Shown one piece after another: positions 42,753 through 52,623 of a stretch of DNA of 64,000 bases. Under the pieces are notes generated by a model. That model saw nothing but the letters and a program-made list of their open reading frames with translations. It searched no databases and was not told the origin of the DNA. Position 1 is the stretch's first letter. Each line of letters opens with the position of its first letter. Position numbers and translations under genes: made by a program. Origin of the DNA: Thecamonas trahens ATCC 50062 (taxonomy: Eukaryota; Protista; Apusomonadida); NCBI RefSeq assembly GCF_000142905.1, contig NW_013657650.1, positions 342,748 to 406,747 of the forward strand, written 5' to 3'.

Positions 42753-44111
42753 TTATTGGCCCTGCGGCGGCTGCTGGCCCTGGCCCTGGGCCTCGTCGTT
42801 GACCATGTCGGCGCCATACGAAAAGAGGAAGTTGGCGGCGAGGTCCGGATCCTTGTTGCAGGACATGTAGGCCTGGACGCAGATGTGGCGAGGGAAGCCA
42901 AGAGCCTCGAGCTGCTCGATGTGGCCCTTCTCCTCCTCGGTGACCTGGATGTAATTGACGCCCGGCGGCGGGGCGCCCATGCCGCCGGCGACGCCACCCA
43001 GCTCCTGGTTCATCTGGTCGGTGGCGGCCGAGGCCGCGGCCATCTCGGCCTCGGTGACCGGCTCGTTCATGAGGGCCAGGAACTCGTCTTGATGGGCCGA
43101 GATGAGCTGCAGCAGCTGCGGCTGGGTCTGGCCCAGCTGCTGGAGCATCGGCTGCATCAGCGCCGGGTTCTGCTGGACTGCATACCGCAGCCGGGTGAAC
43201 GGCGGCATGGCGCGGAGCGCCGCGGTGAACGCCGCGCCTTCGGTCATCTCGCCGTCGTCGCCGCCGTCGTCACCGCCGGCCTCATTCGGCACGCCGCCAA
43301 CCTCAGCGCTGCCTGTCTGCGGCTGCGCCGGCGTGCCGCCTGCCGCCATCTGCGCCATCAGCTCGGGCGGAATGCCGTTAAGCAGGTAGTCGACCGCACG
43401 GTCCGGGTTGTTGAACGCGGCACGGAGCGCGACCTCGCACTGATCGCGCGGAAAGCCGAGCGCCATCAGCGTCTGCACCGCACCCTCTTCCGATGCGCCG
43501 GTGACCATCGCCTCTGGGCCCGGCGCGGCGGCGGCGGGAGGAGTCGGGGTGGGAGAAGGAGCAACGGTGGTGGCGGTGGCGGTGGTGGCGGTGGTGGTGG
43601 TGGTCGACGGCGGCGGCGCGGTGTTGGCCGGAGTGGTGTCCATGGGTGCGGGGGTGGGGGCCGAGCTAGAGCTGGAGGAGGAGACAGACGCCGGCTTGGG
43701 CTTTGCCTGCGCAACCTTCTTGGTGGCCATGACAACAAAGAACTCTCCGTCCGCCACGCCGTACGACTCCAATGTCTCTGCGTCTGCGAGGATCTTGCCC
43801 TTGTACACAAGCTTCTGATGGGCGGCATCAAAGCCCTTTTCACCTTCGATCATCTTCTTGACCTCGAGAACCTGGGGCAGGTCATGCGTGCATGAGTGAG
43901 GAGGGGGGGGGAGGGGGGGAGATCAGGCTGTGATCAAACCGTTTCACGGAAAAGGTCGCAGTTTGCTGGGCGACCTGTTCTTCCATTGCCGGCTCGCAAC
44001 GAGTCGCCAGGTGGGGAGGAGGGGAATGGGAGAGGGAGGACGTACCGTCTGAGAGGGAGTCACCTCGAGGGTGAACTGGTCCCGGGAGAGGGTCTTGCAC
44101 AGGACCTTCAT
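42753..44111 (-). CDS. RAD23: UV excision repair / proteasome shuttle RAD23; intron 43872-44045
   Basis: UBL MKVLCKTLSRDQFTLEVTPSQT|VLEVKKMIE...QKLVYKGKIL. UBA1 LMALGFPR...ALRAAFNNPDRAVDYL. XPC-binding VQQNPALMQPMLQQLGQ. UBA2 IQVTEEEK...LGF...CNKD..LAANFL. Confidence 0.96.
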
Positions 44112-44320
44112 TGTGTGTTATGGTGTGGGAGGAAGAGAGAGCGGTGGTTGTCGTGGACGTCGTTGTCGTCGCCGTGGTGGCCGCCGTGTGGCGGTGAGGA
44201 GCTGGGCGACCTGTGGTTGTTTGAGTTGGGCTGGCATTCAATGATTGTGGCTGATTGATTGGTTGCGCGCGCGAGAGGGCGGGGAGGGTATCCCATGCAT
44301 GGTGGACAGAGAGTGCAATG

Positions 44321-44838
44321 TTATCTCCGGGGTGTGGATAGGTGCGATGTGAAGCAGCGGCGAAAGTCGGCAAACTGGGTCTTGCAAGCGTCCTTCTCGA
44401 TGGTGGCCATCGAGTTGCCCACGCAGACGCCGTAGGCAGCGGCCTGAAGGCAGGGATGGGGTCCAGGCAAGGCAACCGGTGGGGTTAGATGATGTGCAGC
44501 CACCAGGGCAAGGGTCCGAGTACACGCAAGAGTATGTGCAGGAGTATCGCATGTGCAGGAGCACGCGCACATCCGATCAAGCGCAAGTGCAAGGACGCGC
44601 AATCGGGCAGCAGGCGAGAGATCAAAGCAAGGCATCCAGGCAGCAAGGCAGCAAGACAGCAGGACAATGGGTAAGTGTTGGTGATGCCTCCCCTCCCCCC
44701 CCCTGGTTTTGCTGGCCGAGGCTACACACAGCCGCGACTCGAGTATGGCATGGAGCGTACCTCTTTGGAGCATTGGCTCAGAGCTCCTCTGAACTTGGTG
44801 ACGAGGGCACGCGTTCCACGGGCCTTGGATGCGTTCAT
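44321..44838 (-). CDS. NDUFAF8: Twin CX9C mitochondrial complex I assembly factor (NDUFAF8-like); intron 44444-44760
   Basis: Spliced product MNASKARGTRALVTKFRGALSQCSKE|AAAYGVCVGNSMATIEKDACKTQFADFRRCFTSHLSTPRR has two CX9C motifs and the C..EAAAYG.C signature. Intron GTACGC...TTCAG. Not visible as a single ORF in the track. Confidence 0.85.
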
Positions 44839-45285
44839 AGTAGCAGTATGTGGGCGGTGTGTGGTGTGGGGTGGCGGTGTGGTGCGGTGCGGTGTGGGTG
44901 AGGGGTGAGGTGCGGTGAGTTGGCCGTGGCGGACGGGTGTTGCGTGGTCATCGCCGGGGCCATTGTGCGGGATCGACTGTGGTGGATGAGAGTAGGCGCA
45001 GGCATGACCCCCCTATCATCACCATCATCATCATCATTACCATCATCCTGCCCTTCCATACCCCCATATCCCCACCCCCTCTTCCCGATCCCGCCTTCCC
45101 AATCCCCCCCCCTTCCCAATCCCGATCCCCATTCACGACGACCACCCCGATCTCATCATCCCCCCCCCCCCCCCCCCCCCGCATTTTTACGTGGGTGGCT
45201 TTCTACACCATACCCACGTGAGGCTTGGCCCGGCCCACTAGGGCACAACGTGCTGGTGGTGAAGGAGGAGGGGGGGCGGGTGGCG

Positions 45286-45630
45286 NNNNNNNNNNNNNNN
45301 NNNNNNNNNNNNNNNNNNNNNNNNNNNNNNNNNNNNNNNNNNNNNNNNNNNNNNNNNNNNNNNNNNNNNNNNNNNNNNNNNNNNNNNNNNNNNNNNNNNN
45401 NNNNNNNNNNNNNNNNNNNNNNNNNNNNNNNNNNNNNNNNNNNNNNNNNNNNNNNNNNNNNNNNNNNNNNNNNNNNNNNNNNNNNNNNNNNNNNNNNNNN
45501 NNNNNNNNNNNNNNNNNNNNNNNNNNNNNNNNNNNNNNNNNNNNNNNNNNNNNNNNNNNNNNNNNNNNNNNNNNNNNNNNNNNNNNNNNNNNNNNNNNNN
45601 NNNNNNNNNNNNNNNNNNNNNNNNNNNNNN
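45286..45630. other. Assembly gap whose flanks appear to overlap
   Basis: N run. The sequence at ~45195-45285 is a degraded copy of ~45818-45908. Confidence 0.95.
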
Positions 45631-45847
45631 ATTCCACCTACCCCCCCCCCCTTTCCCCTCCCATCTACCTTCATCGCAATCCGATGCCCCCCCCCCCCCC
45701 CCCCCCTCCCCTTCCTCCTGCCCCACAATGGCTGCGAGGGCTGCCCCCATTTCCGTCGAACGTCGACACGCCTGACAAGTGTAACCAAAACCATGGAAGC
45801 ACAGCAGGCCGACGGTGGGGCCTTTCTACACCACACCCAGCTGAATC

Positions 45848-47785
45848 ATGGGCAGGCGCAAGAAGGCACAACGTGCTCGTAGAGAAGGAGGACGGGGTGT
45901 GGGTGGCGGTGGTGGAGGTGGAGGGGGACCACCGCTGCCTCCGCTCCATGCGGCGGCGGCAAGCAATGACGCCAATGCGCTGGCAACGCTGCTCATGACA
46001 GCAGGCGAGATCGACGAGAGGACACCACTAAGAAATGCGACACCACTGATGCATGCTTGCTTCCATGGCAAGTACCTGGCTGCCAGACTGCTGCTTGAAG
46101 CTGGCGCATCTGTCAATGCTGCCGATTCCAAGCTCCGGACTCCGCTCCATCACGCGTGCTACTCGCGATCCAAGCCGGTCATTGCCCTCGTTCTGGCATA
46201 TGGCGGCGATCCTCGTGCCGAGGACGCCCGCAATCTCAAGCCGCAGGCTGTGTTCAAGGATGGAAAAGAGAACGACCTACTTGCCTGGTATCGCTGCAGG
46301 CTGAATCCGTCGCTGACGCCTGTCTCCAAGTCCGAGGCCAAGCTGCTGCGCGCGGTCGAGGCCGGCAACCAGGCCAAGGTGCTGGACAAGCTGGACAAGG
46401 GCCGATCGCCGGACGTGGCAGCGCCTGATGGGACGTTTGCACTGGCAATTGCGGTCCGTGCCGGCTCGACCGACCTCGTCGACCTGCTGCTGCTGCACGG
46501 GGCCGACGCGTCGCGGCCGGACGTGCGTGGCAACACGCCGCTGCACTGGGCGGCGATCGAAGGCCGCGTCGACATCATGGCGTCGCTGCTGGACATGGGC
46601 GCGCTTCTCAATGTGCCGAACAGGGCGTCTGCTTTTGCGCCGCTGCACCTGGCGGCGTCCAAGGGCCACATGGCGGCCGTCGACATGCTCATCGCCGCTG
46701 GCGCGCGGGCGCTGGTGGTGGACAAAGACGGACAGACGCCGCTGTTCTGGGCGGCGCGCCACGGGCACGCCGACATTGTGCGGATGCTCATTGATGCTGG
46801 GCGCGGAGCTGGCGGTGCCGGCGAGTCGATGCCCGACGTGTACGGCGTGTACCCGTTGCACGCCGCGACGCTCTCGGGCGAGGCTGAGAGCGTCAAGGTT
46901 CTGCTTGGGCACGGGCGGGCGGACGTCAACGTCGCAACCTCGTCGGGTCGGACGGCGCTCCACACTGCCGCCTACAACGGCGACGCCAATCTTGTCCAGC
47001 TGCTGCTTCTCAACGGAGCTCGGCCATCGCACAACCGGCGCGAGGGCGACACGGCGCTGCACATTGTGGTGAAGCGGATGTGCGATCCGGTCAACTCGGA
47101 CAAGGCCTCACAGGCTGCGTTCGAGGCCACACTTTCGACCCTCATCGGCGGCACAACTAACCTCAACCCACGCAACTCCAAGACTAAGACGCCGCTTGAG
47201 GTCATCGACCCGGTACGTGCGTTCAACGTCAAGTCGCCCGAGCGCAAGGCCGCGCTCATGCTCGCCGGCGCCGGCGCCGACGTCGGTGTCCTCCTCGCCG
47301 CGCCCTCGTCGGATGACAAGCGTGAGCTTCACGAGGTCCTCGCCACGCATGTGACGGCAACCAAGCTCGAGATGCCCAAGGGCTGGCGGGCCAAGGTCAC
47401 GTCGACCATCCGCAAGCGCAAGTACTTTGTCAACAAGGCCAAAGGCGAGACGACGTGGCACGATCCGCGACTCGAGGCCGCCAAGGAGGCCCGCTCCACC
47501 GGGCGCGGCGGACTCGCCGGCCCGTCGGGCGGCGCCATGCTCCTTGACTCCATCACCTGCGCCCTCTGCCTCGAGCTCATGTACCGTCCGGTCACCACCA
47601 CCTGCGGTCACTCGTTCTGTCACATCTGTCTCTCCGAAGTCTTCAAGTTCAAGCCCGAGTGTCCGCTCTGCCGCGCCGTCCTCGACGCCGAGCCGGCGGT
47701 CAACACTGTCCTCGCCGAGGTCATCTCCTCGTCGTTCCCGGAGCAGTACGAGGCGCGGCGGCTTGACGCCGAGGCAATGGCCTGA
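45848..47785 (+). CDS. Ankyrin-repeat + WW + C3HC4 RING E3 ligase
   Basis: About 10-11 ankyrin repeats (GNTPLHWAA, GQTPLFWAA, GRTALHTAA). WW MPKGWRAK...KYFVN...ETTWHDP. RING CALCLELMYRPVTTTCGHSFCHICL...CPLCR. Confidence 0.92.
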   Translation: MGRRKKAQRARREGGRGVGGGGGGGGGPPLPPLHAAAASNDANALATLLMTAGEIDERTPLRNATPLMHACFHGKYLAARLLLEAGASVNAADSKLRTPLHHACYSRSKPVIALVLAYGGDPRAEDARNLKPQAVFKDGKENDLLAWYRCRLNPSLTPVSKSEAKLLRAVEAGNQAKVLDKLDKGRSPDVAAPDGTFALAIAVRAGSTDLVDLLLLHGADASRPDVRGNTPLHWAAIEGRVDIMASLLDMGALLNVPNRASAFAPLHLAASKGHMAAVDMLIAAGARALVVDKDGQTPLFWAARHGHADIVRMLIDAGRGAGGAGESMPDVYGVYPLHAATLSGEAESVKVLLGHGRADVNVATSSGRTALHTAAYNGDANLVQLLLLNGARPSHNRREGDTALHIVVKRMCDPVNSDKASQAAFEATLSTLIGGTTNLNPRNSKTKTPLEVIDPVRAFNVKSPERKAALMLAGAGADVGVLLAAPSSDDKRELHEVLATHVTATKLEMPKGWRAKVTSTIRKRKYFVNKAKGETTWHDPRLEAAKEARSTGRGGLAGPSGGAMLLDSITCALCLELMYRPVTTTCGHSFCHICLSEVFKFKPECPLCRAVLDAEPAVNTVLAEVISSSFPEQYEARRLDAEAMA

Positions 47786-47805
47786 GCGCGCCACCCGCCA
47801 GCACG

Positions 47806-49017
47806 TTAGTGCCGATCGCAGGTCATGTCGGCGAGCTTGAGCCCGCGCTCGTGAACGTACGCCGGCCAGCGCGCATTAAAGTCGCGCCAGGCGAGGCCAG
47901 CCGGCGGCGCCACCATCATGCGGGTGTCGACAGCGGCAAAGGCAGCGCGACGCGCCCGCGCCCTCGAGCCGGCTTTCTCGCGAGCCATGACGTCGAGCGC
48001 GTGCGCGTGGTTGGCGGCGTCGATGAAGTTGCCGGCAAGCGCCGTGGTCGGCGCGAGGTTGCGGACGGCGTGCGGCGAGCCAGCCGGCACAAACAGCCAC
48101 TCACCTGGCACCAGCGTCGCGGTGAGAAGCTCAACATGACCTGCGAGCGGAAAGGCGGCGAGGTCGAGGTCAAACAGATCAAGGCCCGGCGCAAACGACT
48201 GCTTCAGCGCGTCGTAGTAGAGGTGCTCACGGGCGGCGGGCGGGGCGATGAGCCACTCCTTGGCACCGTCAAGGACGGTCATCCAGAACGCGGTGCCGTA
48301 GGCGTCGATGTGGACCGCGGTGGTTGCCCCGGCCGGGCCCATGAACAATGACGGCCAGCCGGGCTTGGGCGCGTCGGGCGGGAGCCGCCGGTAGTAGTCG
48401 TTGGCAAAGTACGGGAGAGCAGCAAAGTCGTCGACAAAGGCCTTGCACGCCTTGAGCGAGGCGTCAAAGACAAACCACTCGTTGCCCGCACGCGATCGCG
48501 CAGCAGCAAAGCTTGCCAGAGATCGGCGGAGCGAGGTATCGGCCAGGCCGCCCCACAGCCCGCTGGCCTTGTCGTACTTGCGCAGCGGGACGTCGAGCTC
48601 CGGACACGCCGCCACAATCTCGTCGGTTGTCCACAAGCCCGAGCCGTCGGCACGCATGTTGTGCGCCACATCGGTGACAATGACCGGCGTCTGGCTGCAC
48701 GCATACTCGTGGAAGAACTCGGCAAACGTGAGGTTGGTCACCCGTGGTATGGCCCGCGGCCGAGGCGCCGCCCTCTCGCGATGCGGATGCAGGTCTTCCG
48801 GCTCAAGCTGTGCACGTTCCAGCATCGATCGCAGCTGCTGAACTTGCTCAGCATATCGCGCCGCCACATCGCCAGCTACATCGGCAGACCACTCGGCACA
48901 GCCAGCGAGCTCCGCCTCTAGCACCAGGAGCTCTGTCTCGTACGCGTTAGCCCTCCTCGCCGCCGAGTACGCCACCGCCAGCACCGCTACCAGCACCGCC
49001 ACCCCGCCCCAGCCCAT
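47806..49017 (-). CDS. Signal-anchor + coiled-coil + JmjC oxygenase (JMJD4/6/8-like)
   Basis: MGWGGVAVLVAVLAVAYSA hydrophobic start at 49017. JmjC WPSLFMGPAGATTAVHIDAYGT...GAKEW and LVPGEWLFVPAGSPHAVRN (HxD...H triad). Confidence 0.88.
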   Translation of the reverse strand: MGWGGVAVLVAVLAVAYSAARRANAYETELLVLEAELAGCAEWSADVAGDVAARYAEQVQQLRSMLERAQLEPEDLHPHRERAAPRPRAIPRVTNLTFAEFFHEYACSQTPVIVTDVAHNMRADGSGLWTTDEIVAACPELDVPLRKYDKASGLWGGLADTSLRRSLASFAAARSRAGNEWFVFDASLKACKAFVDDFAALPYFANDYYRRLPPDAPKPGWPSLFMGPAGATTAVHIDAYGTAFWMTVLDGAKEWLIAPPAAREHLYYDALKQSFAPGLDLFDLDLAAFPLAGHVELLTATLVPGEWLFVPAGSPHAVRNLAPTTALAGNFIDAANHAHALDVMAREKAGSRARARRAAFAAVDTRMMVAPPAGLAWRDFNARWPAYVHERGLKLADMTCDRH

Positions 49018-49190
49018 ATCCGCACATATCGCGAGGTGTCCTCTCTGCTCCTTGCAGTGTACCGCGCTGGGCGACCACCCTGGGTTGTCATGTCGGCGAG
49101 TCGAATGTAGCCAGGTCGGAGCCTGAGCCCTCCCGCCTGCATCGGCCCTGGGCCACTCGCTCCATCCGTGCCTGCTGACGCTATCAGAGC

Positions 49191-49312
49191 CTCTAGCGCA
49201 CCCACATGCTGGATCGCAAGCTCCAGCGGACCCACGTGCTGGATCACAAGCTCCAGCGGACCTACATGCTGGACCGCAAGCTCCAGCGGGCCTACATGCT
49301 GGATCGCAAGCT
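49191..49312. repeat. 30-bp minisatellite, about 4 copies, between divergent genes
   Basis: Unit ccyacrtgctggaycrcaagctccagcggr at 49201, 49231, 49261 and a partial copy at 49291. Confidence 0.92.
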
Positions 49313-49545
49313 ATACCTGTGCTCACACACAAGATCAATGGGCTACCATGTTCTGCAGCCCCAACCGAGTCCATCACAACAGCCATGCGGTGTGCATCCC
49401 TCCCTCCCTCCTCCCTCCCCTCCCCTCCTCCTCCTCCTAGGACGCGTGTGCCTTCCGAGTGAGCGGCAAGTCCCCGACAACAGACACTTGGCTTTCGCCT
49501 GCCCCCCCCCCCCCCCCTCCCACCCCGCCCCCACCACCAACCTCT

Positions 49546-52500
49546 ATGGACGACGAGTTGGTTGCGGCTGTGCTTGCACTCGCCCCCCCTACCACGTCAT
49601 CTCTTCGTGCGTGGAAGGAGGGCTACCTTGTCCGTGGTGCCGACACTGTGGAGAATGCAACTGCGCTCGTGACGGCCACCGTCACCGCTGCGCTCACCGA
49701 CGCCGCTGGCAACAGTGAGCGGGTGGCGCAGGTCTTGGCCGTCTTGGCCCATACACTGGCGCACATTACCACGTGCGAAACATTGATGACTCTCGGTGGC
49801 GGTCAACAGAGCTCTTCTGCTCTGCCCTGTCGCGCATGCAGGCTTCCACAGAGCATTGCGCTGCTGGTGGCACCGCTGGTGGTGACGCTGTCGGAGACAC
49901 ATGCCAACTCGGCCGTGGCCGCGCTCGCCAATCGCATCGCCGACTCGTTCACAGCCTGCTCGTGCCCGCCGCCGTCGGGATCGGAGGCGGCGACGGCCGG
50001 CTCGGTGGTTGCGCGGAGCCGGGCTGCAGCAAGCGCGGCGGCCAACGAGCTCCGCCCGCGGCGCGGCGCGATTGTCTCGCCGCTCTCGTCGCCGACATCA
50101 GCACGAGCGCGGGCACGGTCAAGCTCGGGCGCGTCGTCGAGCTCAACCGGCGGCTCGACGCGGCGGACCTCGCTCTCGCCGCTCGACCACATCGATCCGC
50201 ACGCGCTGCACCACTCGGACCTGTTTGGCCCGCTGTTCCGGACCCGGATCCGCGAGTCGGGTGTAACGGTACTCGAGCTGCGGCGCGCGGTCGGCTCGCT
50301 CCGGCGCGAGCAGCTGCTCGCGTCGGTGGCCGGTGTGGCGCGGGCGCGCGGCATGCTCGACGCTCTCGACGCCGCGGCCGACGGCCGCGACCCAGGTGCC
50401 GCGTCGCGGGCGGCGCGCAACGCCGCGGCCGAGGCCGACGCCCCGGGCATGATGTTCCACTACAAGTACTACGCGGCGCAGGTCCCGCTCGCGGTTTCCG
50501 AGCCCGAGATCGAGGACGTAGTCAACGCCGTGGTGGCACCCAAGGACCTCGCCACGCGCAAGCTCGCGTCCAAGGTCCTCCTCAAAATCTTTATCGACAT
50601 GTTTTGCGCTGCGTCGGAGCCCGCAGCGGCGGCTCTTGCGGTCCAAGGTGTGGTCTTTGAGCTGGTCACCACCGCCGGGCCGCGCGGAAGTCTTGACGCC
50701 GACGCTGCGCTCCACGGCTTCAACCTGCTCCTCAACCTGGCGACCCATCTGGAGCTCTACGCCCAGTCGGCGGTCCTGCAGTTCTCAGCCGAGTCGACGG
50801 CGCTGGCGGCGCTCGACCTCGGTGACCTGCTCGGGGCCGCCGGCGCGTCGGCGCGGATTGCGGTCATGCACGACGCCGTGTTTGAGGTCCTCGCCTCGGC
50901 GGCGCTCCTCGCGCTGCTCTCGGGCCACACGTCGGTCAAACTTTGGTCGGCAGTCCTCAACGCGCTCTTCCTCCTCGCCACCGACGCCGGCGCTGTGCTT
51001 CCGGCGCGCGTGGCAGCGCTCGACCCACGCGTGGTTGTCCACCTCCTCGTCCACATGCCGCACCTCTCGCCGGCAACGACGGGTGTTCTCGCGCGAATGC
51101 TCCTCTTTGCACTCTACCCGTCGGCGCCGACCGACGTGGAGACGACGGCCGAGCCATCGTGGCTCTATCTCGACACGCAGCGGCTTGGGCTCATTGCCGC
51201 ACTCTTCACCCCGCACCTGGCCACGCCGCTCGGCCCGATTCTCGCTCTGTACGAGTCGTGTGACTCGCACGTGGCACTACGCATATACTTTCGGCTCATT
51301 TTTGACGTCTCGGCGCATGCGGTCGCTGCCGCCGGCACGCTCAAAGTCACCGGGCAGGCGCTCAGCGCCATCTGGCACCTGCTTGCGGCATTTGAGGCGC
51401 CCCTGCTGTTCAAGTCGATGTTTGCGCACGTGGCGGCGCGGTTCCCGGAGCGGTTCCTCCGGCATGTCTTCTTTGAGCAGCTCTCCGGGACAGGCTCATC
51501 CAAGCATCTTTCGTCGTACGCCAAGACGCTGGATAAGACGCTCATTGTGGCGCTACTGTACAACATCGAGAAGCTGGCGTCGACGCATCTGATCGTCTCG
51601 TCGCGGCTGACGCCGCTGTCGTCGGCAACCGCGTCGCCCATGCTCGTCTCGCTCTTTGCCTCGCCGCTGGTTGCCGACTCGGCCAACGCCGTGGCCCTCC
51701 TGGTCTCGATGCTCTCGTCGGGCGCCGAGCGTGAGTCGCTGCTCGGCCTCCCGCTGCTGCTGCGGTTGATGCGGTCGGGCTCGTCGACGCTCCTCCGCCA
51801 CGCGCTCACGGTTGTCTCGCGGGTCCTCGCCACCAAGCGCGCCGCAGTGAGCCGCGGTGAGGCGAGCGGGAGCGGGGGCAGCAGCGACGGCAGCGCGTCG
51901 GGCGAGCACTCGGCCTCGCTGCTGGCGTACTTTGACTGGCTCAATACGGCGTACGTCCACTTTGCGGACACGGTCGCCATCTCGCCGGTCCCGTTCCACC
52001 CGTCGCTTGCGTTTGACGCGCCAGGCGGGGGCGACGCGCCGGGCGGGGGTGGCGGTGGTGGCGTCGGCGGCGACAGCAAGGCGCGTGTCCTCGTCCTCTC
52101 ACACTCGGTCCAGCAGCACGTTGTCCGTTCGCTCGTCGGTATCCTCCTCGACCAGCTCGCGGTGCCGTGCTCGGCCGAATGGGGCGCGTCGGCGTCGGCG
52201 GTGGACGCGTTTGTCTCGGGCGCTTCGCTTGTCCCGCGCGACCTGGTCAAGCTCCTCGATCCAGACTTTCTTGTGGCGCTCTTCAGGGTTGCCGACCCAC
52301 GGGCTGCCGCCGCGCACCGGGCCGTCCTCCTCATGTTCCTCATCGCCAAGTCGTCGCAGAGCCAGACGCTCAAGGCCATCGGTGGACTCGGGTTCTTTAC
52401 CCACCTTCTCGACGACCCGGACGAGCACATCGCGTACCTCGCGGCGTCACACCTCGCAGACCAGCTCAAGGCCGAGAAGCCGGCACAGTACGAGGCGCTC

Positions 52501-52623
52501 ACCCAGCGTGTTGCTGCCCGCTTCCCGCAGCTTGCCAGCCTCGCCCATCATCCGTGGGTCCAGATGGTCGGCATCCTCCGCATGCGTGCCGAAAAGTCGC
52601 GACAGCAGGGGCCCCGGTCATGA
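49546..52623 (+). CDS. Large conserved hypothetical alpha-helical (ARM-like) protein
   Basis: About 1025-aa ORF with strong codon bias. Motifs YKYYAAQVPL, VLLKIFIDM, FNLLLNLATH, IGGLGFFTHLLDD...IAY, HPWVQMVGIL. Confidence 0.8.
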   Translation: MDDELVAAVLALAPPTTSSLRAWKEGYLVRGADTVENATALVTATVTAALTDAAGNSERVAQVLAVLAHTLAHITTCETLMTLGGGQQSSSALPCRACRLPQSIALLVAPLVVTLSETHANSAVAALANRIADSFTACSCPPPSGSEAATAGSVVARSRAAASAAANELRPRRGAIVSPLSSPTSARARARSSSGASSSSTGGSTRRTSLSPLDHIDPHALHHSDLFGPLFRTRIRESGVTVLELRRAVGSLRREQLLASVAGVARARGMLDALDAAADGRDPGAASRAARNAAAEADAPGMMFHYKYYAAQVPLAVSEPEIEDVVNAVVAPKDLATRKLASKVLLKIFIDMFCAASEPAAAALAVQGVVFELVTTAGPRGSLDADAALHGFNLLLNLATHLELYAQSAVLQFSAESTALAALDLGDLLGAAGASARIAVMHDAVFEVLASAALLALLSGHTSVKLWSAVLNALFLLATDAGAVLPARVAALDPRVVVHLLVHMPHLSPATTGVLARMLLFALYPSAPTDVETTAEPSWLYLDTQRLGLIAALFTPHLATPLGPILALYESCDSHVALRIYFRLIFDVSAHAVAAAGTLKVTGQALSAIWHLLAAFEAPLLFKSMFAHVAARFPERFLRHVFFEQLSGTGSSKHLSSYAKTLDKTLIVALLYNIEKLASTHLIVSSRLTPLSSATASPMLVSLFASPLVADSANAVALLVSMLSSGAERESLLGLPLLLRLMRSGSSTLLRHALTVVSRVLATKRAAVSRGEASGSGGSSDGSASGEHSASLLAYFDWLNTAYVHFADTVAISPVPFHPSLAFDAPGGGDAPGGGGGGGVGGDSKARVLVLSHSVQQHVVRSLVGILLDQLAVPCSAEWGASASAVDAFVSGASLVPRDLVKLLDPDFLVALFRVADPRAAAAHRAVLLMFLIAKSSQSQTLKAIGGLGFFTHLLDDPDEHIAYLAASHLADQLKAEKPAQYEALTQRVAARFPQLASLAHHPWVQMVGILRMRAEKSRQQGPRS

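Noticed and set aside
45195-45908. Degenerate duplicate of the 5' end of the ANK-WW-RING gene
   Set aside because: An error-rich copy right at a contig end beside C homopolymers, best explained as an unmerged read tail.
49191-49312. CRISPR-like array
   Set aside because: The 30-bp units are head-to-tail with no unique spacers, there are no cas genes, and the context is eukaryotic.
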